In this document: one piece after another, positions 12,801-25,400 of the stretch
Numbering within the stretch: the stretch's first letter is position 1
Layout of the letters: every line of letters begins with the position of its first letter
Assembly: GCA_051362555.1 (NCBI GenBank)
Contig: CM120645.1
Coordinates: forward strand, 16,120,001-16,184,000
Direction: 5' to 3'
DNA length: 64,000 bases
DNA from: Lingula anatina
Taxonomy: Eukaryota; Animalia; Brachiopoda
Program-made: the position numbers and the translations under genes
Notes under the pieces: generated by a model
What the model was told of the DNA's origin: nothing
The model's input: only the letters and a program-made list of their open reading frames with translations
Databases searched by the model: none

Positions 12801-14829
12801 GAGACAAATCGCTTGCAACGTGCAACAAGGGGGATGGCTGACAGTGTGGTCACACTACATGTTTATGTACGTTGAATTAACAGTCTTAGACATCGCCCAA
12901 AGAGGAAGGACTTACTATAGCCCTCAATCTATTGTTAAACGCGATCATTATCTGTTCTCATGCAACCTTAAACAAAGCCTAAACAATAAGATTGTTAAAT
13001 CAGATAAGTGATGTAAAATCATATTGGAAATTTACGTTAACGACGGAGACTTTCATTCGCAAAGTTAATGAAACAAGACTGGTCCAAGTTAACTGCCCAT
13101 ATTGAATAAATCTTAGGCTGATGAACCTAAAGCCCTGCTTTACTTTGGTAATAGTTAATTAGTAAGCTAGGTTTATTCACATCACTTATGCTGCAAACAA
13201 CCCATTTTGAACGCAATCGTCATCGCTCGAGAACAACCTGAAATCATGCCTATACAATATTAGGAGATGCACGTCGAGTAAAAGATTCAACACCTGGGTG
13301 CCCAGCACTATTATGAAAAGGAAAAATGACTTGATGTTTCATGCACAATCATCATCGAAAGCCTAATATCATTATGCTTCGTGCGCAGTCGTTTTTTATC
13401 AGAATAAAAAGTGTGTTTTATACAAGCAAAATCTAACTTTCCTTTATAACTGTTACTGAACAGCGAAGAGTTACATACACCCGGTTATACATTTACAAAT
13501 GTAATTATGAGGCTAATTTCTCTAATGTGGATGAAATATTTTGTTGGCTTTCAAATGATAGGACACTCACTTTAATCTTAAAAGAAATTAGTTTATATGC
13601 TCGTTCCCCTAACGCGCGTGCAAAAAAGTCCCATCAAATAAACAGATACATATCTGTCTATACTGGCAACTAGTGAAAATCTATCTGTGGCCCTGATAGT
13701 GGGTAGACTTCACAGCGATTTATTCATTTAATTATTAAATCAAAATTTATTTATGAAATTATTTAAAATAATTTATCTTTTATTTAATGATTTATACCAT
13801 CTAATTTCTATCTATCTTTTTTATTTGATTCTTAATGTCATCTTATTATTTACTTTATTCTTTAAATAATTTATTTATTTATCAAGCCCGTAGCCAGCAA
13901 TTTCAAAGGGGGGGGGGGGGGGGGGTCCTTTTCTGACAAAGTGGACCTTTTACCGGAAAATCCCCATCTAATTATGTCAAATTTTTTTCAGAGTGGACCT
14001 TTTTTCAGCAAAAGGGGGGTCTTTCGAACCTCCCGAACTCCCCCTGGCTGCGGGCCTGTTTATTTATTTATTTATTTATTAAGACTTTCTATTATTATCC
14101 TTTTACGGATTCGCTCTATTATTTTATATAAAATGTAACTTAATGTAGTAATTGAGGCAACACGTCAGCTTGTAATGTGAAAAAATTGTTTTAATAATGT
14201 TTCTTTCTTTGTTATTTCTAAACAGTTATCTATTTTTACACAGGTAGCGATGATGGAAATTTGTGTACGGAGCATCTTTAAACTTTTTGAGACGGGGTGA
14301 TTTGTTGATCATGCTGATGTACGTTGCTGATACATGTATATCAAATTCAATTTTGACCACAGAACACTTCATATTGAATAAAATAACTGATACTAAATTA
14401 AACTAGCAGTTTTCTTGCAACACTTAATTAAAACATGATCTGCTGCGCGTGCCAAGCTAGTGAACAAAAGGATAGGTGGCCACGGGAGTGGCACTCGTTA
14501 GCATGGGTTCTAGCATCTTAAAGCTATAATCCTATCGCCGCAACAAACAATAGGCACCTTCTGGCTGATGTATCCTGCTGTTAATTACACCTGGTCACAG
14601 CGGATTGTCGCGCTCGCGCTGGACCACAGAAACAGGCGTCATGGGGTTCACTCGCCTAAGGTATTGTGTGTTATTACGTCTAAACTATTGTGTTTTGGCA
14701 TTCGAATTTTGAAGGGATTAGACGGCTCTCCATTGTTTGTCCGCCCCCTTCTATTCATAGGATAGGGATTAAAACATTCTGACGCTTTTAAAACGTCGTA
14801 CAACGGAAACTTAATTTTTATTACTACTG
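9876..14829 (+). mobile_element. ~5 kb non-autonomous TA-flanked DNA transposon (Tc1/mariner/pogo-like termini); inverted copy at 36543-45307
   Basis: Blocks across its length match 36543-45307 in reverse complement and both copies end at the same boundaries (TA|CAGT...ACTG|TA); no transposase ORF. Confidence 0.75.
13883..14058 (-). mobile_element. ~170 bp MITE with CAGGCCCGTAGCCAG-type TIRs, inserted in (TTTA)n
   Basis: Reverse complement of 20439-20603; flanked by tttat on both sides. Confidence 0.85.
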
Positions 14830-14863
14830 TATGTATTTGATTGTTTGTTTATCACTTTGGCCT

Positions 14864-14867
<4 letters not shown>

Positions 14868-14932
<65 letters not shown>

Positions 14933-15264
14933 GTAATGCAAAAAGTGCTTCGTCAAGGCATTGTTACCAATGTGTTATGAAGGTTTTTATCATGTTATTT
15001 TCACTTGTTATCATGTTATTTTCACTTTTTATCATGTTATTTTCACTTGTTATCTTCACCTTGTAAGTGAAAATAACATGATAAAAACCTTCATAACACA
15101 TTGGTAACAATGCCTTGACGAAGCACTTTTTGCATTACATAATATATATATATAGTATACATATATATAGTATATATATATATTATGTAATGCAAAAAGT
15201 GCTTCGTCAAGGCATTGTTACCAATGTGTTATGAAGGTTTTTATCATGTTATTTTCACTTACAA
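14868..15264. repeat. (TA)n tract plus direct-inverted-direct triplication of an ~80 bp unit, with internal 21 bp tandem repeats
   Basis: tattatgtaatgcaaaaagtgc...ttttcactt at ~14927 (+), ~15065-15144 (-) and ~15181 (+), apparently identical. Confidence 0.9.
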
Positions 15265-15281
15265 GGCTTTTCACATTCTAG

Positions 15282-15580
15282 GCGAAACTTCTTCGGGGAA
15301 GAGCACGCTTTTGAACCTTCTCCTTGGCAAAAAGATCCTACCGGAAGCCCATTTAAGCTGCACAGCAGCGATCACAAGAATAAAGTATGGAGAAGAACCT
15401 AGAGTATTCAAAGTGACACACCAACCTGACGGCAGCAGAAAGTCGTCGGAAGTCCCCATAAAGAAGCCTGATGATTTGTGCTCGGCTTTGGAGCCTGTTC
15501 TATTTCCTAAAGGTGCAGCGAGGGAGGATGAACAGGAAAAGTGCACTGTTGATGTTTATTTGCCATTTGAACTGTTAAAG
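15282..15580 (+). CDS. Copy 1 exon 3: dynamin-family GTPase G1/G2 (GETSSGKSTLLNLLLG...SCTA)
   Basis: P-loop completed across the phase-1 junction; donor AAG|GTAATG; 299 bp, same length as the paralogous exon. Confidence 0.95.
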
Positions 15581-15805
15581 GTAATGACGTATTTCATAAA
15601 GACAGGGCATATGGAAAATGATGTATAATTTTTGTTTCTTAAAGATCTATCTCTATGTACGTCTAAAATTGTGACATGAAACTAAATTGGGAACTGGTAT
15701 ATACATGTACTTTTACAGAAAATGGCTAAACTTACTGTCAAAGGTATGATGCCTTCATATTAAGTATCTACAAAATACATAAACAAAATCGTATTATACC
15801 CTTAG

Positions 15806-15952
15806 AGTGGTGTGTATATCATCGACAGCCCTGGTATTGGTGAGAGTGGTGTCATGGATGACGTGGTTCTTCACTTCATCGCCAACAATGACGTCTTTGC
15901 CTTCATTTATGTCATTATGACTGATAAGTCAGGCGGAGTACAAGAAGATAGG
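15806..15952 (+). CDS. Copy 1 exon 4: GTPase G3 (SGVYIIDSPGIGESG...GGVQEDR)
   Basis: cttag| acceptor, AGG|GTACGT donor, 49 codons, DxPG motif. Confidence 0.95.
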
Positions 15953-16449
15953 GTACGTAAACTGCACTGATATTGTAATCAAAGCTTTTCTCAATTCTCC
16001 AATAATATTGCTGGCAATAAACTTGTGCAGTTTCCCCCAGACAAAATTGCATTAAAAGCATTTGAGTGTGTATTGCTTAAAAATATTCATATCAACATAC
16101 TTAAAGTTGCAAAGAATTCTTGCGGGGTGAACATGAACTTCTTTTAAGTGACCGCCAATCACCATATAAATATGTTCACCCTTTTACTCCCTCGTTAAAA
16201 TAATGGAATATTTCGAGAACAGGATATGATTTAATTTCAAAGTTCACCGTAATTATTGTCAGAAACATGAACACAGCTTAACTATCGCCACAATGGTATA
16301 AGTGTAATAATTACCTTCTTAATACACAAGAGCTGATTAGATTTGATTACCTTTTGAGTATGTAACATATCTGATCACACTGATGGGTCGTGTGCATTTT
16401 TGACTCGAAGTTGGAGTCGCATGTCAGTTTTGTCTAGTGCTGTTGTAGG

Positions 16450-16760
16450 TACTACTACTATATACTTTCACGCAGTCAGGCGTCTAGGGCACCGACAAAG
16501 ATCTCCCACTGCGCTCTGTCACGAGCCAGGTGTTGAATGATTCCCCGAGTTTCCCTCAGTTGTTTCAGCCTCCGCGTGGTCTTAGGTCTGCCTCTTTTTC
16601 TGTGTCCCTCTGGTGTCTAGTACATGGTTACTTTTGTGGTGAAACTTGGCCAATCCATTTCCATCTCCTTTTCCTGATGACTTTACTAACGCTTCTCCGG
16701 TTGTTTTGTTTTAACAGATCTTCATTGGATATAGTCCTTGATTTGTTTAAGGCTTGAGGT
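16450..16760 (-). mobile_element. 3' end fragment of an RTE-clade LINE
   Basis: ISNEDLL...IRKRRWKWIGQV motif; short (TAG)n tail at ~16450-16460 on the minus strand. Confidence 0.75.
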
Positions 16761-17658
16761 GTGAAAAGTAGATACTGTAGCTTCCTGAGATAAATCGTAA
16801 TATCATCCAGCGGTAGGTCAAAGGAATATGTGTGATCAGGCATCGGCAGTGGTTTCCCACCTAAGACTACAACCTGGAAGGATCGTATGCTCTACCAGAT
16901 GGGTAGTCAAAGACCAGTTGTCAGATTTTTCTCAGAGGACTCAGACAAAATTTTCTTCACCTAACAGAAGAACCCACATTATAATGGACCCATCAACTTC
17001 ATTGCCTTCACGTGGTGCACGTTTGGTTTTCCGATAAAATGTAGTTGTTTTTTCATAGTACTGATATAAGACTCCTTGTTCCATGTCAATTTTGGGATAC
17101 TAGTAGGTTTGCTTAATACTTTTTGGGTTAGAACTTGCCAACGGTGGTAGTCATAATGAAGGTCGAACCATCATGACCCCTCTCGGGCAAATAGACAAGC
17201 CTGCTTTTTCTCCTTGTTCGAATCCCATACAGCATTTTTGCGATGCTCTAGGCTGTGCAATAAGAAGGAAAGAGGACTGGCAGATTGAGATGAGTCAGGC
17301 TTGATCAGGCTTTTGATCAAACTGTATATAAAATACTCATAAACTAGCCTCATACCACTATTCCAGCCCACGTGTGACTCGAAGTTTTTCTGATTTCATG
17401 TTTTACTGTTTAAAATCCAAAAAGGCCACCAACAGTCAGGAATGATATCTTCGCTAAATTGACTTAAACATTTTAATAATTTTAAAATCATATTGGTTTT
17501 CAGAAATTATTTTCAGCTTACTTCCAACACTTCCCATTTAATCTTATATGTGTGATAGCCTTTTCTTTCTTGTTTGAAGATGAGAGAATAAATGAAACGA
17601 TTTCAAGTGTACAAAGACCATATGATAGCATCTGCTTTATCTGATGTTCTTTCTGTAG

Positions 17659-17987
17659 CTCCAAAAATTGCTGCGGCAACTTCAAGATATGAAAGATACT
17701 GCTGGAGAGCCAATATTTGACCCTGGCTGTGCCATTTTTGTCTGCAACCGCTGGGATCTGGTGCCAGAGGACGCAAGGGAAAAGGCTTTAGAGAATGTAC
17801 GTTTGGCAGTGAGTGAGGGCTGGAAACGGCCCATGGATTCATCAAAGCAGATATTTACCCTTTCTGCTAAAATGGCGTGGCAGCACAGTCAGGCTGGGTA
17901 CGTGACTCACGACTACAGGCAGCTGGTCAGAGGCATCAAGGCCCTGATTCCAGTGAGTTTGCAAAGAAGGACAGAGCATGTGCAACG
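17659..17987 (+). CDS. Copy 1 exon 5: GTPase G4/G5 (AIFVCNRWD...IFTLSAK)
   Basis: ttctgtag| acceptor, CG|GTGTGT phase-2 donor; NxxD motif. Confidence 0.95.
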
Positions 17988-18214
17988 GTGTGTTTAAGTT
18001 TACATTATTTATTTATTTATTTATTTATTTAAGTAAAATTCAACGAACTCATTCCGTGATCCTGAATAATAATGCGACTCCCAATTTAACATTGTGTTAT
18101 TAAACCATATCTGTATGTAATCTGCGTTTACATTTATATGATTCTAGGCCAGTTCCATGAGACTGTTTAAAATATTTTCCATAATACAGGTTATTTATAC
18201 TATGTTTATTTTAG

Positions 18215-19423
18215 ATGGGGCAAACATATGGTAGAGCGCACCATAGATTATGCCCAGCAGTATCTTCATTCTGCCAATTTGACTAGGGATGAACTTGAGG
18301 CTCAGCACAACTCGCAAAAGGAACGGTTGGACAGACTTGAGAAAAAGTCGGAAGATATTTTGAAAAAACTAGAGGGCCACCTTTATAAAGAATGTGAAAC
18401 CATTACTGATTCTTTATCTAAATATCTTAGCAGCGATCCTGTCTGTGCTCGAGTTACCTCTTGGACCAATGCCGAAGCTCCTTATGGGATTGGTTGGAAC
18501 TATTTAGAAGGTAGAATAGAAGATGCAATTTGTAAAAGAATCATTGATGCCATCAGCTCTTGGGAAACGGAGCAAAAACATTTTGAAACCCTGAAAAAGG
18601 ACTTGTTTAAGAAATTCACTGAAAAATTCCAGTTAATTGAATCTGAGCTGCGTATGATTGAAAACATGCTGGAGAGGTCCTCGGAAACAGATTCCAGGAA
18701 AAGTGAAGATTTGGCGGCCTATATGGAATTGCAAGACTTAATGGACAATGAGGTGAACAAAATGTCGATTGTAGACTTAAAACTAGGTGAAAAAATTGCA
18801 CTCGGTTTATTTTCACCAATCATTTTACCCATTGGTGCGTTGGGTATGCTTCTCGCGTCACCGGCATTTCTTTTTGTTGACGTAAAAAAACATGTAAGGA
18901 AGAGGAAAGAGAAACAAATCTTAAAGTGATATGACCAGAAGAAATGTGAATTTCTTCGAGACAGATCATCCGAGGCTTTGAAAATAATGGCTAAGCCTGA
19001 TGTTACAAAGGCCTATGTCGATGCTCAACTCCAAGAGGCCAGGAACCATCTACAGATGATGCGCGAGTCCATTCCACAGCTTATATCATCAACACGAGAC
19101 TACATGCAGACCATTAAAGAAGACCAACGGTCTAAGGAGCAGCTGATCGCCACCTATGATCCTGTCGTCAAGAAGTTTACCAGAGTTAACCGTGCGCTGG
19201 AAGATTTTGCTATTACACATCTTTTCTCGTATGATTATAACGAGACAGATGTGGAAGCAGACATCAAATATGTGCAAGGGCAAACGTCATATAAAGGGAA
19301 CTGGACTGAAGTTTTCCCTGCCATCTTAAAATCTCCAAAGGGTCAATCCCTCAAGATATCTTTAAAACGATATAAATGGGCTACATGTGAGAAGCAAGTT
19401 CGTGAGGAAATCATTGAAATGAG
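18215..19423 (+). CDS. Copy 1 exon 6: coiled-coil stalk, hydrophobic hairpin (18795-18878), return helix and kinase N-lobe; internal TGA at 18927
   Basis: ORFs 18228-18929 and 18978-19529 are in the same frame, separated only by TGA; KGNWTEV...KISLKRY...VREEIIEM matches kinase subdomains I-III; donor AG|GTGTGT. Confidence 0.9.
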
Positions 19424-19566
19424 GTGTGTAGAAATAAGAAGTTGCCACTTGTTTGCCTTAAACATTTCCTATGCTAATTTCAATGCAGTTTTTCCTTTCT
19501 TAAACCTAGAGGCTGGCACCATACATTGAATAGGACATAACACAAGGACAAATTATTCTTTTCCAG

Positions 19567-19846
19567 AAAAATGAAGCAACAAAAGAGGAGATTCATTCCC
19601 ACCATACTGGGTACTTATTTGGATTCAACAAACGAACTGCCAGCTCTTATCATGACCCCGCGTCTGACCAGTTTGAGGGTCCTCAGCAGTGACAAGGGCG
19701 CAACTAAAGTCCTCCGGAGTCAGCTGGTCCATTATTTACTCAAGGAACCGGTAGATTGTCTAATCCAACTGGCGGACGCCTTGGCCTACCTGCACATGAA
19801 TGGCTTCGTCAGTCTGGATTTGTCTATGGATACAGTTATGATTACC
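19567..19846 (+). CDS. Copy 1 exon 7: kinase subdomains IV-VIb with degenerate catalytic loop (QLADALAYLHMNGFVSLDLSMDTVMIT)
   Basis: ttccag| acceptor, ACC|GTGAGT donor; aligns to the consensus LxYLHxxxxxHRDLKxxNxL. Confidence 0.9.
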
Positions 19847-20149
19847 GTGAGTATTATACAGTTATGATTACAGTGAGTATTATACATGTATATATATGGT
19901 TACTACTTATTAAAATTTTTTTTTTGGCTTGATTCATCAAAAAAGTATGTCATTGAGTGATGAGTGATATCCAGTTTTCTATTGTGAAATATTTTAGTCA
20001 ATAATATCAAATATGACATAAGATGTCATTCAAAAGAAAAGAACACCCCCAGAAAGCCATTTCAACAGTTTGATGTCAGTATTAATTTTAAGCTAAGGTA
20101 TTAAAGAAAATGATAGCCTTCGAACAGTGATATGTTACACAGTCAAAGA

Positions 20150-20410
20150 ACTCATTACAGTAAATCATGAAAAGTCATCAATAGCGGGTATGACTTAATT
20201 CCAACGGCCGCTTGCAGCGCCCTCATCCTACATGGCTTATCCTGTGACAAGATTTTTGTTTGGATGGGGATATCATTCCACGCATTGATATTTACCTGTC
20301 GTATTTCATCACTATTTGCGGGCCGATGACCATAGCTATTAATTCTGTGAGTTACTTCCGCCCACATATTTTCAATTGGGTTCATATCTGGGGAGTTTGC
20401 AGGCCAGGGC
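20150..20410 (-). mobile_element. Tc1 transposase C-terminal fragment
   Basis: WPANSPDMNPIENMWAEV motif. Confidence 0.85.
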
Positions 20411-20412
20411 AG

Positions 20413-20894
20413 AGCACCGTTGATCTCCTAATATTATACAGGCCCGTAGCCAGGGGGCTCGGGAGGTTCGAAAGAACCACCCCTTTTGCTGGAAAAACGT
20501 CCACTCTGGGTAAAATTTGCTCTAGGTACATAAAGTTTTTATGGAAAAGGTCCACTTTTTCAGAAAAAGAACCCCCCTTTTGAAATTGCTGGCTACGGGC
20601 CTGTTATAGTTTTTCTTCCCGCCTTCGAAATGCTCAGCGCAAACGCGGTGCCCTGCTTTTGATCCAAACCTGCTATATTTTCCTTTCTTTCTACCTTTTT
20701 TTTTTTCATTCTAACGGGTTTGTTTGGAATTTATTAAACCTCATGTGTCGATCTCGCTTACTGTTATTGTAGCAGCGGGACAAAAAGCACGTACACCCAG
20801 CCATGGTTTTTAGCACCGCTGTAAGTGTTTCGACATAGCAGGGCTCCCCTACCCACAATGTAATTTCCATTTCCGGAAAAGATGAAAAAGGTCT
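20413..20894 (+). mobile_element. Right end of the ISL2EU-like element seen whole at 36823-38997
   Basis: Near-identical to 38681-38997, ending ttccggaaaagatgaaaaaggtct|AT. Confidence 0.85.
20439..20603 (+). mobile_element. MITE with CAGGCCCGTAGCCAG TIRs and 5 bp TSD (TTATA)
   Basis: 15 bp perfect TIR; empty site visible at ~38700. Confidence 0.9.
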
Positions 20895-21593
20895 ATTGTA
20901 ACTTATGCCTAAAGATGAAATTAAATCACAATCTTGTCCAAACCAGACTGATATGTGCCTAAGTGAATTTGAAATCAGCTTAAGCCGGACTGAAATCCAA
21001 GTGACAGGCATATTTAAATTAAAATTATACTTAAACCATCTTTCATAAAGCTATTTTAGGCATAAAATTCATGGGTTAGAACATTTGCATTAGATTCTAA
21101 CTATATCTTGCAAACAACTACGGAAAACTTAATATAATAAATTTCTTATGCTTGAATCTAAGGGGCACAGAATTGTCAAAAATACAAATTTTGCATAGGA
21201 CATACTGCTTTGGAGATAATCATTGGCAAATTTTACATAACTAGGTCGGATACTCAAAACACGCCATGCAAAGTGCTCTCTCTCTCTCTCTCTCAACCTT
21301 TCAAGAGATCTCTACCAGCTTTATACCGCTTAAGGTGTTTTACAAACGTATTTTCCTGTATGTGATGATCTATTAGCTATGCGCCATATCACATAGTCCT
21401 CCTTAGAAGACACTAATTCATCTACTTTGACTACAGTCTATGTTAGTGAAGTCACTAATAATTCAGTGGTTAGCAACCTGCTTTAGCCAGCCAGTATTAA
21501 TACTTACTATGTGCTTGCTTTAGCAGCTGTATTGTCATAAAGCTGAACTGAATGTGTTCTAGTAAATGCCACCTCTCTTCGGCCTCTCGGAAT

Positions 21594-22444
21594 CAGGCCT
21601 ACCCAACTACCAGACTCGGCACCTACGGATCCAGAATAAACCAGTATATCAGACCACCCTACCCGTTTTCAAGGTGTGTGTCAGATCGCATTACAGAGTA
21701 TCATACCCCATCACAAATTTTGTAAGCCTACCTGTCATCCGGGTATCGCGCCTCGTTTTCGTCAAGTAGGAGTCGTATGAATACAGCATGAAAATCGGCA
21801 ATCCTCGGCTCATTCCGCAAGCTCCATACTATTGTCGAGTGCGGAGACATCGGAGTAGTTCCGAGTGACAACATGGCGACAGACGACTCACTGAATCTCG
21901 TCCAGAAAATATTTAACCCCCGACAGAATATGCTTCCGCTATCAAAATTAGGTCTACTTTTCTAAATGAATATATAAGTTTGCATGTTCTTATTTACAAA
22001 ACATCATTGGCTATGTTCGAACCTAAATTTTATGTTAAAAATTGCGCAGCAGCGCATGAATCTAGATGATATGCACTACTTTCCAACCCCGCTTTAGACC
22101 ACGGTGGAAGTGAAGAACAAAAGATTCAGACGTGGTGTAACTCGCATAACCGCACGTCTCGCATGAATGCGTTATAACCCGCCAATGATCTAAATAAGAT
22201 CGATCCCTCGTCAGCGAGGGTTATGTGACATCCACACGTGCTTCGCACTCGTGTATGCCACATAACCCTCGCTGACTCGGGGTCTATCTATTACTAGGAT
22301 CACATCGCGCACCAGGCAAAATCGGTGTGGTGGCTGATACTCTGTAATGCGATCTGACACACACCTTGAAAACGGGTAGTGTGGTCTGTTATACCGGTTT
22401 ATTCTGGATCCGTAGGTGCCGAGTTTGGTAGTTGGGTAGGCCTG
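21594..22444 (+). mobile_element. ~850 bp MITE with ~120 bp TIRs (CAGGCCTACCCAACTACCAG...) and 5 bp TSD GGAAT
   Basis: TIR pair and TSD (21589-21593, 22445-22449); second copy at 61250-62213, end fragment at 31490-31544. Confidence 0.9.
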
Positions 22445-25400
22445 GGAATTAAATAATCTAGAGTATGTGATACAGCCTGAGCTGGACTGATCACTGCTGA
22501 TTTTATTAATGAATGCTATGTGACACTTGGATCTACATTGGATATTTCCTATTTGAAAAGCAACATATATATTAGAGAAATCCGAAATTGTTTAGGCAGA
22601 CCCGAGTCGACCAACATCTATCCAAACAGATTTATGCATACCGTGTATACTTACCTCTGTACGGTTCACTCAAACAAAACAGATTAGCCCTGTTCTGGTA
22701 GTCACAAACACATGGTCGGCACGATCGGACAGCTAATCTTTGGACTGTGGTCCCCAACTGAGATTTTGCTTTCTGCACATAAGTCAATAGTTACAGTCAA
22801 CTTTGGAGCCACCATCAGTCAACAACAGACAGATAACTTTTACACGTGCACCCGAATTCGCCGATACAAAAACCACTTTTGCCTGCAGCATCGCCTTTTC
22901 AAAATCTTGCAGCTGTTCTGAGGGTCGATTGAATGAAAGTGGTACCTCCTCGGAAGAGATCCTTTATCGCCGAAAAAGAATAGGATCGCAGAGGGGACAA
23001 ATCATTAATTTTGAACCGTGTATTATTCCAGTGAAGGTGAGCTTAACATCTGTAAGATTTACTGAAGTCTATGGTTTTCTTACTCTTAACTTTAGCGCGT
23101 GGACTGATAAAACATTTATAGTTTTAAGCAAGCTGTTCAATATACATGTACATGTAGTGTTACAATCAAAAGCAATTTTAAATCAAAGGCACAATTTTCC
23201 CGTCACTGAAAGAACTAAAATAATTTTAAAAACTTGACATATAAAACCCAATATTGGAACTGAGTACGTACCCTAATTGCCCAAGACAGCAGCTACTAAG
23301 TGGGATGAAGATGAGGCAAGGGGCCTACTTTGACAAAGCACATTGTACTAAATTGATTGGAACTATCTTCCACTGATATTGGACAACGTTGAAAGAAAGC
23401 ACAAGTCTCTGTTTTATTTTGGTATAATTTGGTTCTCATCGCAAAAAGGAGCAAGTTTACATCGAATGTAGCATCGGTGATAAACAAAGACGTTAAATTC
23501 AGCACCTTTTGTTCTAAGCCATCGAAATCATTAAGCGCTCTGGTCGAGATGAATACGTAGCTGTTTTTTTTAGTGCTAAGATTAAGGATCAATTCTTGGT
23601 TTGAAATTTATGCAGCATTGTGGTCATAAAGCACAAACAGGGATCTACACATTACCCTCATGGGTCCAAAATAAGTAACATTTAACGTACAATGTATCTA
23701 TGTAACATGTATAATGAAACGGACAGTATGTAGCTACGGCCAGTAGGGGCAGTAATCCGTAGCACACTGAACAACCAATCCTTTGTTAATGATATGTATA
23801 CCATAATCTATGCTGAAAAATCTTATTATTCCGTGGGGTATTCAATTTACTTAGTGTATTTCATCAAGAATGTTATACATTCTTGATTTCATGGGTAGCA
23901 CTTAGTTTTAAAACACTAAGGTATTGAATTGAACATATTGAATTTATCAATATGTTCAATATATTGAATTTATCAGTTAACAAAAAGGCATCATCAAGAA
24001 TTTGTATGAAGCAATTAAGCCACACATACAATACCATAAACATTATTGAAAAATGATAAAGCTGCATATAATATTTGTAATCGAAGTGAGAAGAACAAAT
24101 TTGAAAAAAAAAAAAAAACAAAAAAACTAAAACTTACAAGCTAACTTGAGTGGACATTTTTGTGCATGGCTATCTGAAAAGTACTTAACAGCCCTGTTTG
24201 ATATTAATTGAAAAGGATTCATTGTACGTTGTTATGGTACCCCAATCCTCATGGTATTCCTCATCCTACTTTATCCCCCTTCCTCCAACGTAACCTAATA
24301 TTATCTAAAGCGTTTTAGACACTAAAACAAAATGATTAAATACCGGGTATGCGTTCCAAATGCAAAATGTGTATCCTCGTTTTAATTTTCTTTCGTTGCA
24401 AGGGTTACTGCTGGAAATATATTCGGTTGCAACGCAAGGGAATTTGCTTCAAATGAAATGTCAGAATATTTTGGGCATAAATGGTGGGACCTTATCTATG
24501 TACTGGATATATTATAAACATTGTGTGAGTGTCTCATAAAAACTCCTCATAACAAAACAGTAGTGTAGAGTAGTCAAGCAGACGTTTTCTCCAATGGCAA
24601 CAGCAAAAGTTGAGTAAACAAACATAGCCCCATGCAGCGAGTCCGTGATTTAGGTCGGGTACATAGATGGAACACTATCTCCCTTCAAGGCACAAACTCT
24701 TTTCCAAGTCTTGCGCGTCTCCTATAATCGAATAACCTCGAATGGATCAAACACGCTCGTCTGTCAACAAAGATTTGAGGAGTTATCTTGGGGTTAGGGC
24801 AGACGCGAACGTTGACTATAAAGCACCTGCATTTTATTGTGGGACTTATGACTCTCATGGACCTCAAGTAATTTGCTAACTACATTTGCCAATTATCTGT
24901 TTAACGTGTAGTGCATAATAAAATATGCTAAACAGCAGCATGTAATATTGCATCAAATGTGATAAAAATGCACGAAAAGAAAGCCGTACTTGCGTATTAT
25001 TTACTCAAACTCACAAGAATGATTCTTAGAACTAAAATATATGGCTTAAATAGACCTTTTGCAGCTAGAGAGCTTGCTCTCCAGCATTATTGTGTTTACT
25101 TGCTAGAATAAACTCTTCAAAACATAAATCTGATTTCCATTCTCTTTATTATACGTACTGTATTTTTGGTTAATTTTTTTCTGCAAATGCCTCACGTTTG
25201 ACCTTTGGTGACCTTTCACCTTCTTGAATTGATATATTATTTAAATAACATTTCATTTTTTGTTACTTTACCTATTACAGCAATCCTTTAGCTAAATTAA
25301 TGAACATTTTCCTTCCCTACCGCAAGTATTCATAAGTTGAACAGAACACCCCTACAATTACGTATGCCGTCCATATATATGTCATATTTTAAAAATTAAC

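Larger units (their letters stand above)
8488..19846 (+). pseudogene. Copy 1: dynamin-like GTPase-(pseudo)kinase gene (DSTYK-like architecture), 7 coding exons found (888 codons), 2 in-frame stops, 3' exons not found
   Basis: Exons 8488-8670, 9099-9315, 15282-15580, 15806-15952, 17659-17987, 18215-19423 and 19567-19846 are all GT-AG and phase-compatible; TAA at 8650-8652 and TGA at 18927-18929. Confidence 0.85.

Noticed and set aside
14845-15066. YIYIYI ORFs (also 52653-52865)
   Set aside because: Translations of (TA)n microsatellites
15271-15546. Antisense ORFs over exon 3 in both paralogues (also 53075-53350)
   Set aside because: Shadow frames of a conserved coding exon; no independent evidence
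18927-18929. In-frame TGA as selenocysteine or programmed readthrough
   Set aside because: Lies in a basic helical region, not a redox motif; no SECIS identifiable; the gene also has a TAA stop
21566-21769. Similar small ORFs at 21566 and 61216 (also 20706/38851 and 12311/39489) as conserved small genes
   Set aside because: The similarity is explained by their being copies of the same non-coding transposons; start and stop positions are not conserved
22791-23237. ORF containing TRAPEF as the missing kinase subdomain VIII exon
   Set aside because: No beta8/DFG-equivalent before it, spacing from VIb is too short, and no DxxSxG subdomain IX follows; likely chance. The region may be a decayed minus-strand TE
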